Origin: Eledone cirrhosa
Taxonomy: Eukaryota
Assembly: GCA_964016885.1 (NCBI GenBank)
Contig: OZ024742.1
Location: forward strand, 96,968,001-97,032,000
Length of the DNA: 64,000 nt
Direction of reading: 5' to 3'
The notes under the pieces were generated by a model, which was given only the letters and a program-made list of their open reading frames with translations, searched no databases and was not told the DNA's origin. The translations under genes and the position numbers were made by a program. This document shows, in pieces, positions 37,936-51,887 of this stretch. Position 1 is the stretch's first letter. Every line of letters begins with the position of its first letter.

Positions 37936-38196
37936 GACACATATATGTCATGATTGAGCTAACCAGATGTTTTTCATTGTTTTTTATTTTGTTGTTCTAC
38001 AGCAACCCTAGGTCAGTATTGTTGAAACTGACCTATTGTACATAGTTTGATGAGTCAGCAACTTTAACCATTGTTCCAGATAATCCATGATTTTTTCTGT
38101 GAAATACTATATAAGGAACTTTGAGATGTGTAAGTATATTGTAAGGGCTGCAGTTTTAAACATATTTAGAGGTAGTCATTTATTAACCTAATATTG

Positions 38197-38413
38197 GTTT
38201 CTTATATAGGCACAAGGCCAGTGATTTGGGGGGAGGGGAAAGTCAATTAAATCGACCCCAGTGCGTGACTGGTACTTTATTTTATCGACCCCGTGAGGAT
38301 GAAAGGCAAAGTTAACCTCGGCGGGATTTGAACTCAGATCATAAAGGGCCGTAACTCTTTGCTGCAAAGCATGGCATCCGTCTCTCTACCGATACTGCCA
38401 ATCCACCGCCCGG
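38197..38413 (-). mobile_element. Full-length long-type Meta-like SINE with 18-bp TSD
   Basis: TTTATTAACCTAATATTG at 38179-38196 and 38414-38431. Confidence 0.9.
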
Positions 38414-38559
38414 TTTATTAACCTAATATTGTTTACCAGAAACTTTCAGTTATTTCATCATGACCAACATCATCATCATTATCATCATCATTTAATGTCA
38501 TCTGTTTATTTTTCCTAACAAGGGAAGGTTATGTTTGAATTATTTAGACAAATAAATAA

Positions 38560-40283
38560 GACATAAGTCATGAAAGTAACAGAAAGAGTTATAGCACAGT
38601 TGATTAGGGACCGGGTGAAAATAGACGAGATGCAATTTGGGTTTGTACCAGGAAGAGGCACCACTGATGCCCTCTTCCTTGTGAGGCAGTTATAGGAAAG
38701 GTACCTAGCTAAAAGTAAGCCACTCTACTTGGCATTTGTCGACCTTGAGAAAGCCTTTGACAGAGTTCCACTTGCTGTAATCTGGTGGACTCTTAGAAAA
38801 CTAGGAGTAGATGAATGGCTTGTGAAAGCGGTACAAGCCATGTATAGGGGAGCAGTCAGCAAAGTTAGGATTAGCAATGAGTATAGCGAGGAATTTAGCG
38901 TACAGGTTGGGTGTCCACCAGGGCTCTGTTCTTAGCCCCCTCCTGTTCATCATAGTCCTGCAGGCAATAACGGAGGAGTTTAAGACCGGATGCCCATGGA
39001 AACTCCTGTATGCTGATGACCTCGCACTCATAGCTGAATCTATGGTAGAACTAGAGAATAAATTCCAAACTTGGAAGCAGGGACTAGAAAGAAAGGGTCT
39101 CAAAGTCAACATGACAAAGACTAAGGTCCTTGTAAGTAGACGAGAAAACAGAACCCCGATCCCCTCAGGAAAATGGCCTTGCTTAGTATGTAGTAAAGGT
39201 GTAGGTAGGAACTCCATTCTCTGCCCCAAATGCAAACAATGGGTACACAAGAGATGTAGCGGGATCTCAGGAAGCTTAATTAAGAATGTAGGCTTCACAT
39301 GCAGCAGCTGTGCTGAGACAGCAAGCAGCAAACAGACACAGGAAACAAGTACCACCAATCTCTGGGAGGGCTCTGTAGAAACAGTAGACAGCTTCTGCTA
39401 CCTAGGTGACCGAATTAGCAGCGGAGGTGGGTGTTCAGAAAGTACAATAACTAGGGTAAGAACGGGATGGAAGAAGTTTAGGGAACTACTACCACTGCTA
39501 GCTGCAAAAGGCTTCTCCCTCAGAATGAAAGGCAGACTGTATGATGCGTGTATCCGAACAGCAATGTTGCATAGTAGTGAGACCTGGGCGCTGAAGGTGG
39601 AAGACTTATGTAGATTAGAGAGAAACGAAGCCTGCATGCTCCGATGGATGTGTAACAGTAATATACGTGAACGACAAAGCATAAATGAATTGAGGGAGAG
39701 ACTGAGCATAAGAGGAATCAAATGCTGTGTGCAGGAGAGGCGGTTGCACTGGTATGGACATGTGATGCGTATGAAGGATGACAGCTGCATAAAAAGGTGC
39801 AGAGCACTAGAAGTTTATGGAAACCACGGAGTGGGGAGACCCAAGATGACCTGGGATGAGGTGATAAAAGCCGACCTTACCCAATTACACCTCTCAAAGG
39901 CAATGACACACGACCGTGACCTCTGGCCTCATGTAGTAATACAGAGTACCCGACCTCCCATGGGTACAAGCTGAAGCATATAGACAATATGCCCCCACAC
40001 CCTCACACCGCAAGGTGGTCGTGGAGGTGCCACGGCAAAAAAGCAGCCAGCCCACACTGTAAAGTGGACATGTAGGCGCCACGAAAAAGCACCCAGCACT
40101 CACTGTAAATGAGGTTGGTGTTAGGTAGGGCATCCAGCTGTAGAAATCAAGCCAAATCAGTTCCTGTATGAGCAAGGCATGGTCAGCCGACCAGACACTG
40201 CCCACAACAGGACAACCCGTCTAACCCATGCTAGCGTGGAAGAACGGACGTAAAACGGTGATGATGATGATGATGATGATGAT
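38560..40283 (+). mobile_element. 5'-truncated RTE LINE of a sister subfamily (RT plus PHD, different 3' UTR)
   Basis: VMKVTERVIAQLIR..FVDLEKAFD..YADD..CLVC..CPKC..HKRC..CSSC; one stop (~38693) and one frameshift (~38910); (GAT)n tail. Confidence 0.92.
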
Positions 40284-40334
40284 AAGCTCTTTATAAACTG
40301 CCGAAGTATCTATGCCATTTTGGATATATTCAAC

Positions 40335-41060
40335 ACATTCTTACCATATTTCTAAAGAAAGAGACCACTTATCATTTCCCAATAATTTTGAAAATAATCA
40401 AGAATTTGGAGAGATTTTATTATAATCTTGAAAATAATTAAGAATTTGCAAAGATTTAGTATTATAAATAACTTTTGCATTATTAATTTGGTGTCTGGAA
40501 TATAACTTAACAAAGGTTCTTAGATAAAATTATGGTGGGAAATTTTAGATATATATAAACACTTTAAAATAAGCAGTTTTGTATTGTAGAACTTGAGGTG
40601 ATTTGGGGTAGTTTGGTAACAAACGTTAAGGTCATTGCAATTGCTATTGAGGTTGATTATCTGTAGTTTGATGCCATTAAGTGAGGAAGACATTCCAACA
40701 CATTTTAGTGATGGAACATAAAGATTAGCAGTTGCTGCAGGATTTTATGTCATGATAATGGGTGACAAAAGGATTAGAGGAGGATAGATTAGAAAATTGC
40801 TTGATTAACCCTTTCCTTACTTTATTTCTAATGATATACATTGTCTATGGTTTCAAATCATTTTGAAAGTAATCAAGAATTTGGAGAAATTACATAATGT
40901 AGCTATTATTAGAACACTGGTATTTGGAATATAACTTAACAAAGTGTATTACATAGAATTATAATGGAAAGCTTTTACATAAATATAAACAATTTAAAAT
41001 AAAAAGCTTTTTTTATAATAGTGCTGGAGACAGTTTCAGGTGATTTGATATCATGAGTGC
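40335..41060. mobile_element. Two diverged copies of a TTAA-CCCTTT-type MITE
   Basis: ~40335-40628 and ~40810-41060 share TTTTGAAA.TAATCAAGAATTTGGAGA and GGAATATAACTTAACAAAG; the second starts TTAA|CCCTTT. Confidence 0.5.
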
Positions 41061-42459
41061 TAACCTAGTAGCAAAATTAGAATATGTTATTGGATCCATA
41101 TTTTCAATGACTCTGTACGAAATGGTTATAAGCTATCAATTCCAATTTAGTGATGGTTCATATGCCCTATTATTTCAGAACCATATCATCCCTTTAACTT
41201 TTATAAACAAGTGGATGTTTAGGATTGACCCAATACTCAAGATACTTTCCAAATCCAATACACTTTAAATTAAATGCTTGCAAAGCTATTATTTCCAATT
41301 CACTAACTCTGCACTTGCTCTAATACTATATTGCTTTCAACTTTTATGAATCAGTGGCTGTTTCTGCTTGATCCAATAATCTAAATACTTCCAAGATCCA
41401 ACACATTTTAAATTGAAAAAAATTACCATAATCAAATTGAATGGCTGCGGTAAATGCGCTGATTTACTTAATTTTTGTCAGATGCTAATTAATACATTTG
41501 CCATGCTATTTCTCTATTTTCATCCATTAAAGTCATTATATTAATTGAGCTTAATTATAATATTTATCATAAATAATTTTGGTTGAATGAATTAGATTAT
41601 TACTAAAATATTATAGGCAACATAATTCGAACAATCCCCATTAATTTAGATCAGAATTTTTAAACAGGTAAGGAACATTTTATTGTGGATAGTTTCTACT
41701 TTAATCTTATATTGTTAAACAAACAAACAAACAAATAAACAAACAAAGGAAAGAAAACAATCATTAAATCAGACCAAGGAAAGCATATTTCCATTGTTTT
41801 TTTCTTTGCTGTTACTATAGGCCTGTCACAACTCCTGGCTGAAGGAGGCAAGATTAAAGTCATTAAGAGAAATATTATAATTAGCTCAGTTAATCTTTTG
41901 TCCTCTTCATCATCATCATATTCATAAAATAAGAAACTAAGTTTCTGTTAATTTTTTCCTTTGCTGATACTGCGTTCCAGTCACAGCTCCTGGCAGAAGG
42001 GGGCAGGATTTGAAATCAGAATACACAGAGCTAGAGCAAGACAATGCACAGCCTCCTGTAACTCTTCAACAATTTTGCCAATCAACCATCATTGGCCGAG
42101 TACTTCATTTACACCCCTCCCCTCGAGGAAAAAATATAGACAAGTTGACCACAGCAGGATTTGAACTTGGAATGCAGAGAGCCAAAACATATACCAACAT
42201 TCTAACAACTCCATCAATTCGACATTATGTAAACAGAACTATAAAACAGTATACTTGTTTTAATTAACATAGTCACATTTTCAACAATAGACCATGAAAC
42301 TAAATTTACATTATATTAAGGTTGTTTTTCAGAAGAGAACATTGAACTTGCACATCTTAATAGCTTCAGTAACAAATGGCTCTTTATGATTAGCTTAACA
42401 ATAAATATTGCAGCACAACAGAAATCATGTCTTTTTGTTACAGCTACAACCATAAAATA

Positions 42460-42659
42460 TGAAGCTAGGCTGAAAAGTTGATAAGCTGACTATGAAGAAG
42501 TGATGAAAAAGCTATGAAATCTTGCATGCATTAATTTCAACTCTTCACACATTGATAACTGCTTTGTTTCTTTCTAGGAACTATGTTGAAAAATAAGCCT
42601 CATTTGGTCATTCCATGCGAGTATCTTGGTCAGCGTATAAACTTTTCAGCCAGCTCTTG
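42460..42659. mobile_element. Mariner-type MITE
   Basis: TA|TGAAGCTAGGCTGAAAAGTTGATAAGCTGAC ... GTCAGCGTATAAACTTTTCAGCCAGCTCTTG|TA. Confidence 0.75.
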
Positions 42660-42756
42660 TATGTTCTGAATATTGAAACACAAAGGGAGTGGTTCAAAGG
42701 TCAGCAAACAAAATTAGCAGAATCACCTTCACTACTGCTTTACAAATTATATAATA

Positions 42757-43485
42757 ACAATAATTGTTTCTACTTTAGGCACAAGGCCAGCAATTTGAAG
42801 GAGAAGGGAGAGTCAATTAAATCGACCCCAGTGCCTACTAGTAACTTAATAATAATTTTTTCTACATTAAGCACAAGGGCAGCAATTATCCCAGTGCATT
42901 ACTGGTACTTTATTTTATCGACCCCCATAATGATGAAAGGCCAAGTTAACCTTGGCGGGATTTGAACTCAGACCGGAAAGGGATATGACTCTTTGCTGGA
43001 AAACATGGTGTCTGACACTCTACCGATAGTGCCAATCCAAATAATAATGATAATAATAATGGTTTCTGATTTAGGCACAAGGCCAACCAATGTAGGGGAA
43101 GGGAAAGTCAGTTAACTCGCCCCCAGTGCATTACTAGTGCTTTATTTTATTGACCCCATAAGGATGAAAGGCAAAGCTAACCTCGGTGGTATTTGAACTC
43201 AGAAGGTAAAGGGCCATGACTCTATGCTGCAAAGAATGTTGTCTGATGCTCTACTGGTACTGCCAATCTACTGCCCTTTTGTAATAAAAAATAATTGTTT
43301 CTTCTTTTGGCACAAGGCCAGCAATTACCCAGTGTATTACTGGTACTTTATTTTATCAACCCCACAAGGATGAAAGGCAAAGTTAACCTCAGTGGGATTT
43401 GAACTCAGAATGGCAAGGGCCGTAACTCTATACGTCAAAGCATGGCGTCCGACCCTCTACCGATACTGCCAATCCATCGCCCTTA
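42757..43485 (-). mobile_element. Four head-to-tail Meta-like SINE copies
   Basis: Tails at ~42760, 42853, 43058 and 43292; the last is flanked by TTGTAATAAAAAATAAT direct repeats. Confidence 0.85.
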
Positions 43486-43654
43486 ATTGTAATAAAAAAT
43501 AATAATAATACCAATCACTTTAATAATAGGTACACTGGGAATGATAAAAAAACACACAAACACATGCATAACTGAAACACTAAAATTTATAATCAAATAT
43601 ACACCTCCCACCACCCCAACTACCCCACCTCCATGCCCATCAACACCACCCCTT

Positions 43655-43936
43655 TCTCTGTAAAGTTATGTTGGCACCACAACATCCAGTCCTAAATAAA
43701 TGAGGTCGTGTAGGTGTCACGACAAAAAAACACACAGTCCACGCTGTAATGTGGCTGTGTAGGTAACACGGTAAAAGCTTCCCAGTCTACAATGTAAACG
43801 TGGTTGGTGTTAGTAAGGGCATCCAGCCATAGAGAACCTGCCAGACAGTCCTATACAAGCGAGACGACCAATCTCGCCTCAAGTGGGACAATTCCCGTCT
43901 AAACCCATGCTAGCGTGGAAGATGATGATGATGATA
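43655..43936 (+). mobile_element. 3' UTR-only copy of the 6.5-kb RTE family
   Basis: Reverse complement closely matches 25100-25365; (GAT)n tail. Confidence 0.88.
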
Positions 43937-44044
43937 ATATATGGTATACAGGAAATACTACTAGGTAATACGCATGTTTTATAAATAGTACTCTCAATAT
44001 AATAGAATCAACAACAACAAAAACAGCACATATAAGAAAAGACA

Positions 44045-46585
44045 TCAGGAAATTGAATCTTTATTAAATGGGACTTTACAAAACATAAATACTGAGGATA
44101 GATTGACAAGGAAATTAAACACAAAGGGAAAAGGGCTAAATGTTGTAACAGATAAACTAAAGTAATGTGTCATAGCCAAATGTGCAAAAATTAAAAGATA
44201 TGAGAGCAGAGTTAGCGAGTATAGACAAACCTGCATGTTCGACTACAACCATAAGATATTTGAAGGCAAAGAAGGAGGCAACAGTACTATTTCTGAGACT
44301 GAACAGATCAACCCACTGTGGAGAGGTATATGAGAGAAGAATATTGAACATAATAGTCAGGCAGAGTTGATTGAGACTATTAAAAAGGATTTTAATTAAC
44401 AAGGTCACTAACAACTTGATTTGAGTATCTCAGTTGAAACCCTTAAATGGCAGGCCAATAAATTAACCAACTGGAAATCACAAGACCCAGATGGTGTGCA
44501 AGGATATTTGACTAAAAATATAATGTCTCTTCACATGATACTGACGACCATGTTCAATGACTGCTTGTTGATGGGTGAACTGCTGCAGTGTTTGAAAAAC
44601 GTACCATGGTTCTAATAATGAAAGACCAAGCCAAAGGAAATGGCATTATTAACCATAGGCCAATCACATGCACTTTGTCTGAAGAAATCTACCACAACCT
44701 CAACATAAACAACTTATTGATGGAGGAACAGAAAGGATGCAGAAAAAAACCTGGTGGTACAAAAGACCAGTTACTTATTGACAAGAGGATAATAAAGGAC
44801 TGGTCTTGCCATGGGATAGATAGATTACAAAAAGGCCTTTGACAAGGTCCCTTATTCTTGGATAACCAAGTATCTGGAAATCTTCAAGGTGGTGGATAAC
44901 ATCAGACTGCTATTAAATAAGAGCTTGGAAACCTGGGAGACAGAGCTTACACCAGGGAAGAATCCTTCGGAGAAGTGAAAATCAAAAGTATTTTTCAAGG
45001 TGATATTATGTCACCTTTATTGTTTTTCCTTACACACATACCCTTATCCTTTTTATTGAAAAGAGTGAAGGCAGGATACGCACTGGATACAGGGGAGCTT
45101 ACCATCAAACACCTCCTCTTCATAGATGACCTAAAACTCTTAGGAAAAAGTGAGGAGTTGTATGTACTTGATATCACTGTTCATATTTTCAGCAATGATA
45201 TGTTTGTGAAATTTTGTGTTAATAAATGTGGTGATGAGGAAAGGTAAATTAAAGAGAAACAAAGGAATCAAATTACCAATGGGTGAGATGATAATGGAGA
45301 TCAACATCAAAGAGGGTTATAGGTATTCAGGTGTTCTGGAGATGGATAAAATCAAGGACAATAAAATGGAGATGATAAGATCTGAATATATAAGGATAGT
45401 AAAGAACATACTAAAGTTACATCTGAATTGTAGAAATGTCACAAGTGCAGTAAATTCCCAAGCTGTGTCTAATATTAGGTGTCTATTAAAATAACTTGAT
45501 AGAAAGACAAGGAAATTAATGATTACCTACAGTATGTTTCATAAGAAGGGTGATGTTGATAGACTGTACTTAAGGAGATCTGAAGGTATTATCAGTATGG
45601 AGGATTGTGTGCAGATGGAGAAGAGATGTTTACACAAATATATGTCTGAAAGTAACAAGCTAATGCTTAAGGCTATATTAAAGGAGGCTACAATAGACCA
45701 AGGGATGTCCAAGAAAGATGTAACAACAAAAAGGAAGAACAACCTTAATGAAAAGGTCCATCATAGAATCTTTTTGAGAAAAACAGTATTCAGAGATCTG
45801 CAGATATGGAACTGGTTAATGAAAGGGGACCTTAAGAAAGCTACAGAAGGAATGCTACTGGCTGCACAGGAGCAAATCCTTAGAACGAAGTGGATGAAAC
45901 ACCTTATTGAGGCTAGCCCACTCTGTAGAATCTGTGGAGATAGAGAGGAAACTGTGGATCACATTGTATCAGAGTGGAAACACCTAGCACAGACTCACTA
46001 TAACAGCTGGAGGCATTATATCATGAGAATGGTGATTCACTGGTATTGATGCAAACTGAACAAATTACCTTATTCTCAGAAATGGTATGAGCATACGCCA
46101 GAGTCGGTGATAGAAAATAACCAATCGAAGTTGCTGTGGGATTTCAGGATACAAATGAACAAAGAATTAGAACACACTAGGCCTGATCCAGTGTTTTATG
46201 AGAAAGAAAATCGATCTTGCTTGATTGTAGATGTAGTTTGCCCCTTTGACACAAGAATGCAAGAATGGGAGAAGGAAAGAATTAACTGATACCAGGATCT
46301 AAAATGGGAACTAAAAAGATTTTGGGACTGTCATGGGATCATCAGTGGAGCACTAGGTACTAACTTGAAGAGTTCCCTAGTCTAGTTACAGAACTTTAGC
46401 CCAGCCTACATTTTTTTAAACATTCCAAAAGGCATGCCTGCTGGGAACAGCAAGGTTCCTCCCAATATGCCCTGAATATCTGAGGCTGCAGTTAGCAGCT
46501 TGATGTTTATTAGGGCCAATTTTCCAGTTAAATAGCATCAATGACTGAGATATTAAAGTAATAATAATAATATTAATAATAATAA
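44045..46585 (+). mobile_element. Decayed R4/Dong-like LINE (RT, zinc knuckle, restriction-like endonuclease)
   Basis: NHRPITC, EEQKGCRK..GTKDQLLID, IFQGDIMSPLLF, HLLFIDDLKL, CRICGDREETVDHIVSE, LLWDFRIQ..TRPD..IVDVVCPFD; ends in (TAA)n. Confidence 0.9.
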
Positions 46586-46669
46586 ACTTCTGCTATTGAA
46601 GTATTTTTCTTCCCCACTACAATTTACATATTCTCCAGTATTTATAAACAATATACATCCATCTACACA

Positions 46670-48000
46670 TATGGTGTACACCCCAATAATTTGATTAGAT
46701 TAGGTTAATATTGAATAAGAAACAATTATTAGATAAAAATAGTATATTATTACAAATACACAACACAAAGCATTACGCTACAAATTGTCTATTCCAAATT
46801 AGTACTTTGTTTGATGACCTGTAACTGCAATTACTGCAACAATTCTGCAAGACATTGATTCCACCAAGGAGGCAAAAGATTAAGTAGTAATGTGTTGTTT
46901 CTATACAGTAAGAATTTTTTGTTGTAAATCAGTAAGTCATATAGGACTTATCTTGGTGTCTTTGTCTTTCATCGATTTTTAACAGTTTTCAATGGGGTTT
47001 AAGTCAGGGCTTGAACCTGGCCAAGATGCTACCACATCAATACCAGATTTTCGAAAAAATTGGTTAATGATATTTAAAATATGGCAAGGTGCGCCATTTT
47101 CTTCATATATCTTGCAAACATGCCTCTTTATTCCTAATGGGACATTTAATCATATGATTTCCAAATACATGTTTTCATTTACAGCTTTTCCTGCTGGATT
47201 TATGGTCAGTGCAGCTCATCCCTTTATGTTATTAATCTCCAGACCATCAATGATTGTGAATGTTTAACTGTTGGTTTGGCATAACAAGAATTATAATGCT
47301 GTCCAAGTGGTCTTCTTACATGGTGATTATAAGGGGCAAATTGTCTAATTAATGTTTCATCACTTATCATTACCTTACCCCAGTGAGCAGCAGTCCAGTG
47401 ATATAAGGTGTTGCAGAACAACAGATGGTCCTTGGTGATTTTCTTTGAAATTGGAGGCTTGGCAGCTGGCTTAAAGGCCAAAGGTTAAAGTCATTAACAC
47501 AACGTTGCCAGATAGTAGAAGATGATATGTTTGTGTCCCAAGGAAGTTGGGCTTGGATATTTGATCTGGAAGCAGTTGGATTTAACACTGCAAGTCAGCT
47601 TATAAAGTAATGTTTGAACACTTAATTGATTGGTCTTCCATGCTGCTTTTTGGGGTTAAGAGTACCTGTTGTTGCATTTTAGGCAAGTATTTTTTTAACA
47701 CCAGCATTAAATACACCCAATCGTATAGATATTTGGTGCTGGGAGTAGTCTTCCTCATGAAGAAGGATGATATTTTCACGTTTTTTCATCGAAATGGCAG
47801 TCAAGATAGTACTAAAAAATGTATTAAAATGCTGACTCAGTGTATTATATATATGAAAATACAACAAATAATGTGATTGGTCGACTTATGTACAATGACT
47901 GAAGAAAGAAGAATTAAGTGTGATGATATTTGCATGCTTGTGTTACTAATAATATGACAGCTAAAATGCAGATGGTCTGTAAATTATCGACAGCATTACA
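46670..48000 (-). mobile_element. Decayed Tc1-like DNA transposon
   Basis: Minus-strand remnants IILLHEEDYSQHQIS, ISSSTIWQR, WGKVMISDET, PTVKHSQSLMVW, ENGAPCH, WPGSSPDLNPIEN, VESMSCRIVAVI..GHQTKY*; TIRs degenerate. Confidence 0.85.
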
Positions 48001-50827
48001 TATGTTTTAAAGAAAATACTGTTTTAGTTGATTAATTTCATCACATCACATCATATCATATCATTCAGTCAGTACCTGAAGTATTATATATACTCATTTC
48101 TATATTCTACCGCCTTTTATAAAAATATTATATATACACATTTCTTAGTTACATGTTTATATGTACCATATATACATATTTCTACACACTGTTTCATGTT
48201 TGTTACATAATCAATTTCCCCAAACTGGAAACAGTTTTATTAAAATGTTCTCAGTTTTATTAGGAAACTTATATTTTTACCATTTTGAAACATTTCTTAT
48301 ATGTTTATGATGTCAAAATATCTTTCATCTTTATAAACAAGAAAGTAATATCTGAACTTGGAAGCAGTTTAAAAGTTATTTCTAAGATATATTCAAACAT
48401 TCGCAAGACAAAAAAATGTCAGAACCATCAAAAGATATGGTATATTTTGCACAACCTGTAAGCTTATTTCTTGATGGTAGTTTCAGATATACAATTATGA
48501 TAATGATGATGAATGCTATGTTGGTTTCAGCAATGAGCATTAAGTATTTCATTCAATCAACTGAATGTTTGGTTCTTTACATTAACATGCATGTGACTGA
48601 GTATTCCACAGCTACATGTGTTCTTAGACAAGTATATGCTACAAGTCCTTACAGAAACGTTCACAAAATCACTTGATATAAGAAAATAGATCAATACATT
48701 CTAACACAATTATCTGCATATGCACAGAACACAGCCCCACAAATCCTTCTAAATAAAATGTAGCCCTATTTCCATACAAAGTATTGTGTACAGATGGAAC
48801 ATGCCCTACAAATCTTTTCTAAATATACCCTATTTTCAAACAAAATTATCAGTGTAAATAGAACACACCCAACAAAATCCCTCTAAACAACAATGTAGCT
48901 TTATCATCTGTAAGTACTCACTAAGAATAAATGAACACACATCAATTACAAGGAATGTATCTTTAAGATGTTTAGTCAATTCCGTCCCACAGAATTATAG
49001 GCTGTGCATTATATCTTAGACATGGGTCACCTCAAGACTTGTAAGCAAAATTAAGTAACCAGAAACTGTTGGATGTTGGATATTTCAAAGAAGCAGCTTT
49101 CTCACACTGTATGATATTGAGGTTACTTGTGGATTATGTTAAGTACAATGCTCATAGTAATTCAATGAGAAGCTTGTTGTGTTAATCACCCATATGGAAC
49201 ACTTATCAGAACCAATCAAGAAGAAATCCATAAATAATCTCTTTTAGAATTACAGTGATTCATATGCCCTCATGCATAACTCCAGCTTTCTCAGTCACAG
49301 TGACTCATGTGTCCTGAAAATTATTTCCAGTTTTCAAATCATTGATTAATATTTTGATACCATCTCTGGGTCTATGATGAAAATCTGTTTATTTTAGTGT
49401 ATACATGTTTAAGTTTAAACCTTCTATTATAATTATCTTTAAGAATCTTTGTTTTTTAATAAAAGGAAAATTACTGAGAAAACCAAAGAAACTATGTTTC
49501 AATTGGTCTTTCTGTTGACGATACTATCTGTCAGTTACATCTGGCAGAATCATCACCATTTTTACAATGACAGGAGATCAAATTTGAACTCAAAATACAC
49601 AGACCAGAAACAGATACCTCAAAACAGATCATTCACCTCTTTAATGATTTTGCTACTCCATGCACTAATATTTTATCTATCGATCCTGAAACGATGGAAA
49701 ACAAAGATACTTTTATGAGACTTGAACACAGAGCAGAGAGAAATGGAACATATAACAAAGCATTTAATTTGATAGCCTAACGACTGCAAATTCACTGCAA
49801 ATGATCTTATATTCAAAATACCAAATTAATAATAAGAAAATTTGTTGTATTATTAAAACTCTCCATATATTTTATTATATTTTCAATTAATTGAAAATTG
49901 TATTGAGTGTATTTCTTCAGAAAAACAATAAGGAAAGCGTAAAATGATAGAAATCTTACACAGGATAGTTAGATTCATTCACAGATGAAATTGTACAGAG
50001 ACCTCCAAGTCACCAAAATAACTTATCAAATAAAAATAGCTGCCAATATTTGTTCATTGTCAATATAACACTGCCTGTAACCTACCCTAGTTCTATAATT
50101 CTAAACTATTTATTTTAAAGTGTCTAGATTTATTAAAAAACATGTCATAACTCTAACAGAAGCTTAATAATGATTTATATTTTAAGAACAAAGCCAGCAA
50201 TTTTGAGGGGATGGAAGTTAAATAGATCGACCACAAAGATTGGTTGATAACTTCTCTAATAGGCCACAGACGGATGAAAGGTAAAGTTGACTTCGATGGG
50301 ATTTGAACTCAGAATGTAAAGAACTCAGAACATATAAAACGACAAAGCATTTGCCTCATGCAAATACCAGCTAGATAATGAGAAAGTTAGTTATCTTAAT
50401 ATATTGATTATTTTCAAAATGTTTTAAAAATCTTAACAAATAAGTTGTGTGTGTGTTTTAATGTGGGAGTCCCAATCACAGAAAATAACTGTAACAACAG
50501 TTGATAGCTATAAATAATAGTTTAGAAAATTTGGTACAACATTCCTAGAGATGGAGAGAAATGTCCCGCAGGCAATATGGGTAACAGGAATTCCATCAAA
50601 TTTAAGGTGCTATGCTAAACAGCATGCACTAGAGCCAGAAGTAAACAAAATCTGAGGTAATTCATTGTCAGCTGGCCCTTAGCATAATGAATAACGCACT
50701 CAACCAAGAGATATAGAGTTTAACATTCATCATTTTATTGATTGTTACTTTGACCCTATAACTGTCAAACTTCAATAGCTTGTCTTTCTGTTGACTAAGT
50801 TGTGGGGAGTCTCTCTTCCTTCCATTT

Positions 50828-51362
50828 TGAGTTCAAATCATGCTGAGGTTAACTTTGCCTTTCATCGTTACGGGGTCGATAAAGTAAGGTACCAGTAATG
50901 CACTGAGTAATTGCTGGCCTTGTGCCAAGAGTAGAAACAATTATTCTCTACATTCATCAATCTCTCATTGTAACATTTCCAGGCCTCTTTCTTTTGAGAA
51001 TCAGTGGTGCTAAGTGTACCAGTGTCAATTGTAACACATATTCCCCCAACAATATCTTGAATTACAGTAATGCACTGCCTTGCAATGCAGAACACTTTAT
51101 GTATCAAGACATAGGTGAACTTTCTTTTTCCAGCCTCTCTCCATATATAGTTAAAAAATAAACAAGGCAAACACAGGGAAGCTAGGACACAGTCTCTTAG
51201 TTTCATGCTAGCAAGGGAAACATGTTAAATATTAATAATTGTTTCTACTTTTGGCACGAGGCCAGCAATTACCCCAGTGTATTACTGGTGTTTTTTTTTA
51301 TCGACCCTGTAAGGATGAAAGGCAAAGTTAACCTCAGCAAGAGTTGAACTCAGGATGTAAAG
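50828..51362. mobile_element. Inverted pair of partial Meta-like SINEs around an internal RTE fragment
   Basis: SINE(+) 50828-50944; RTE(-) ~50945-51130 (VFCIARQC..KKEAWKCYNERLMNVEN); SINE(-) 51236-51362. Confidence 0.75.
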
Positions 51363-51549
51363 AGATGTAATTGACAGTCGATCGACTTTTGTCAAGTCGG
51401 ACTTAGGAAACAATGTTTCCATTGGTCTTTCCAATTGCTGATACTATCTATCGGTTGCAACTCCAGGTAGAAGGAGCAACATGAAATAAAGTGTCTTACC
51501 CAAGGACATAATGCATCGCCTAGTCCGGAAATTAAACTCACAATCTCAC

Positions 51550-51887
51550 GATTTCATTTTCATTTTACATCCACTTTTCCCTGCTTGCAAGGGTGGGGAT
51601 GGGAACTGATGCTGGCTTGATTTCTACAGCTTGATGCCCATCCTAACATCAACCTCATTTACATTGAGTGCTGGGTGCTTTTTTGCCGTGGCACCTCCAC
51701 AACCATTTTGCAGTGGAATGATAGAGACCCCAGTCCTATCATCTCATTTCTACAGCTGAGTAAACTGGAGCAATGTGAAATAAAGTGTCTTGCTCAAGGA
51801 AACAACACATCACCCGGTCTGAGAATTGAACTCACAACCTTTTGATTGCAAGGCCAATGCTCTAACGACTAAGCCATGTGCCTCCAT
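51550..51887 (-). mobile_element. Full-length tRNA/CORE-like SINE with RTE-derived tail
   Basis: Reverse complement of 61293-61620. Confidence 0.85.

Noticed and set aside
41650-41673. 18-nt microexon (AG|...CAG|GTAAGG)
   Set aside because: Weak acceptor and no partner exons; expected by chance in 64 kb.
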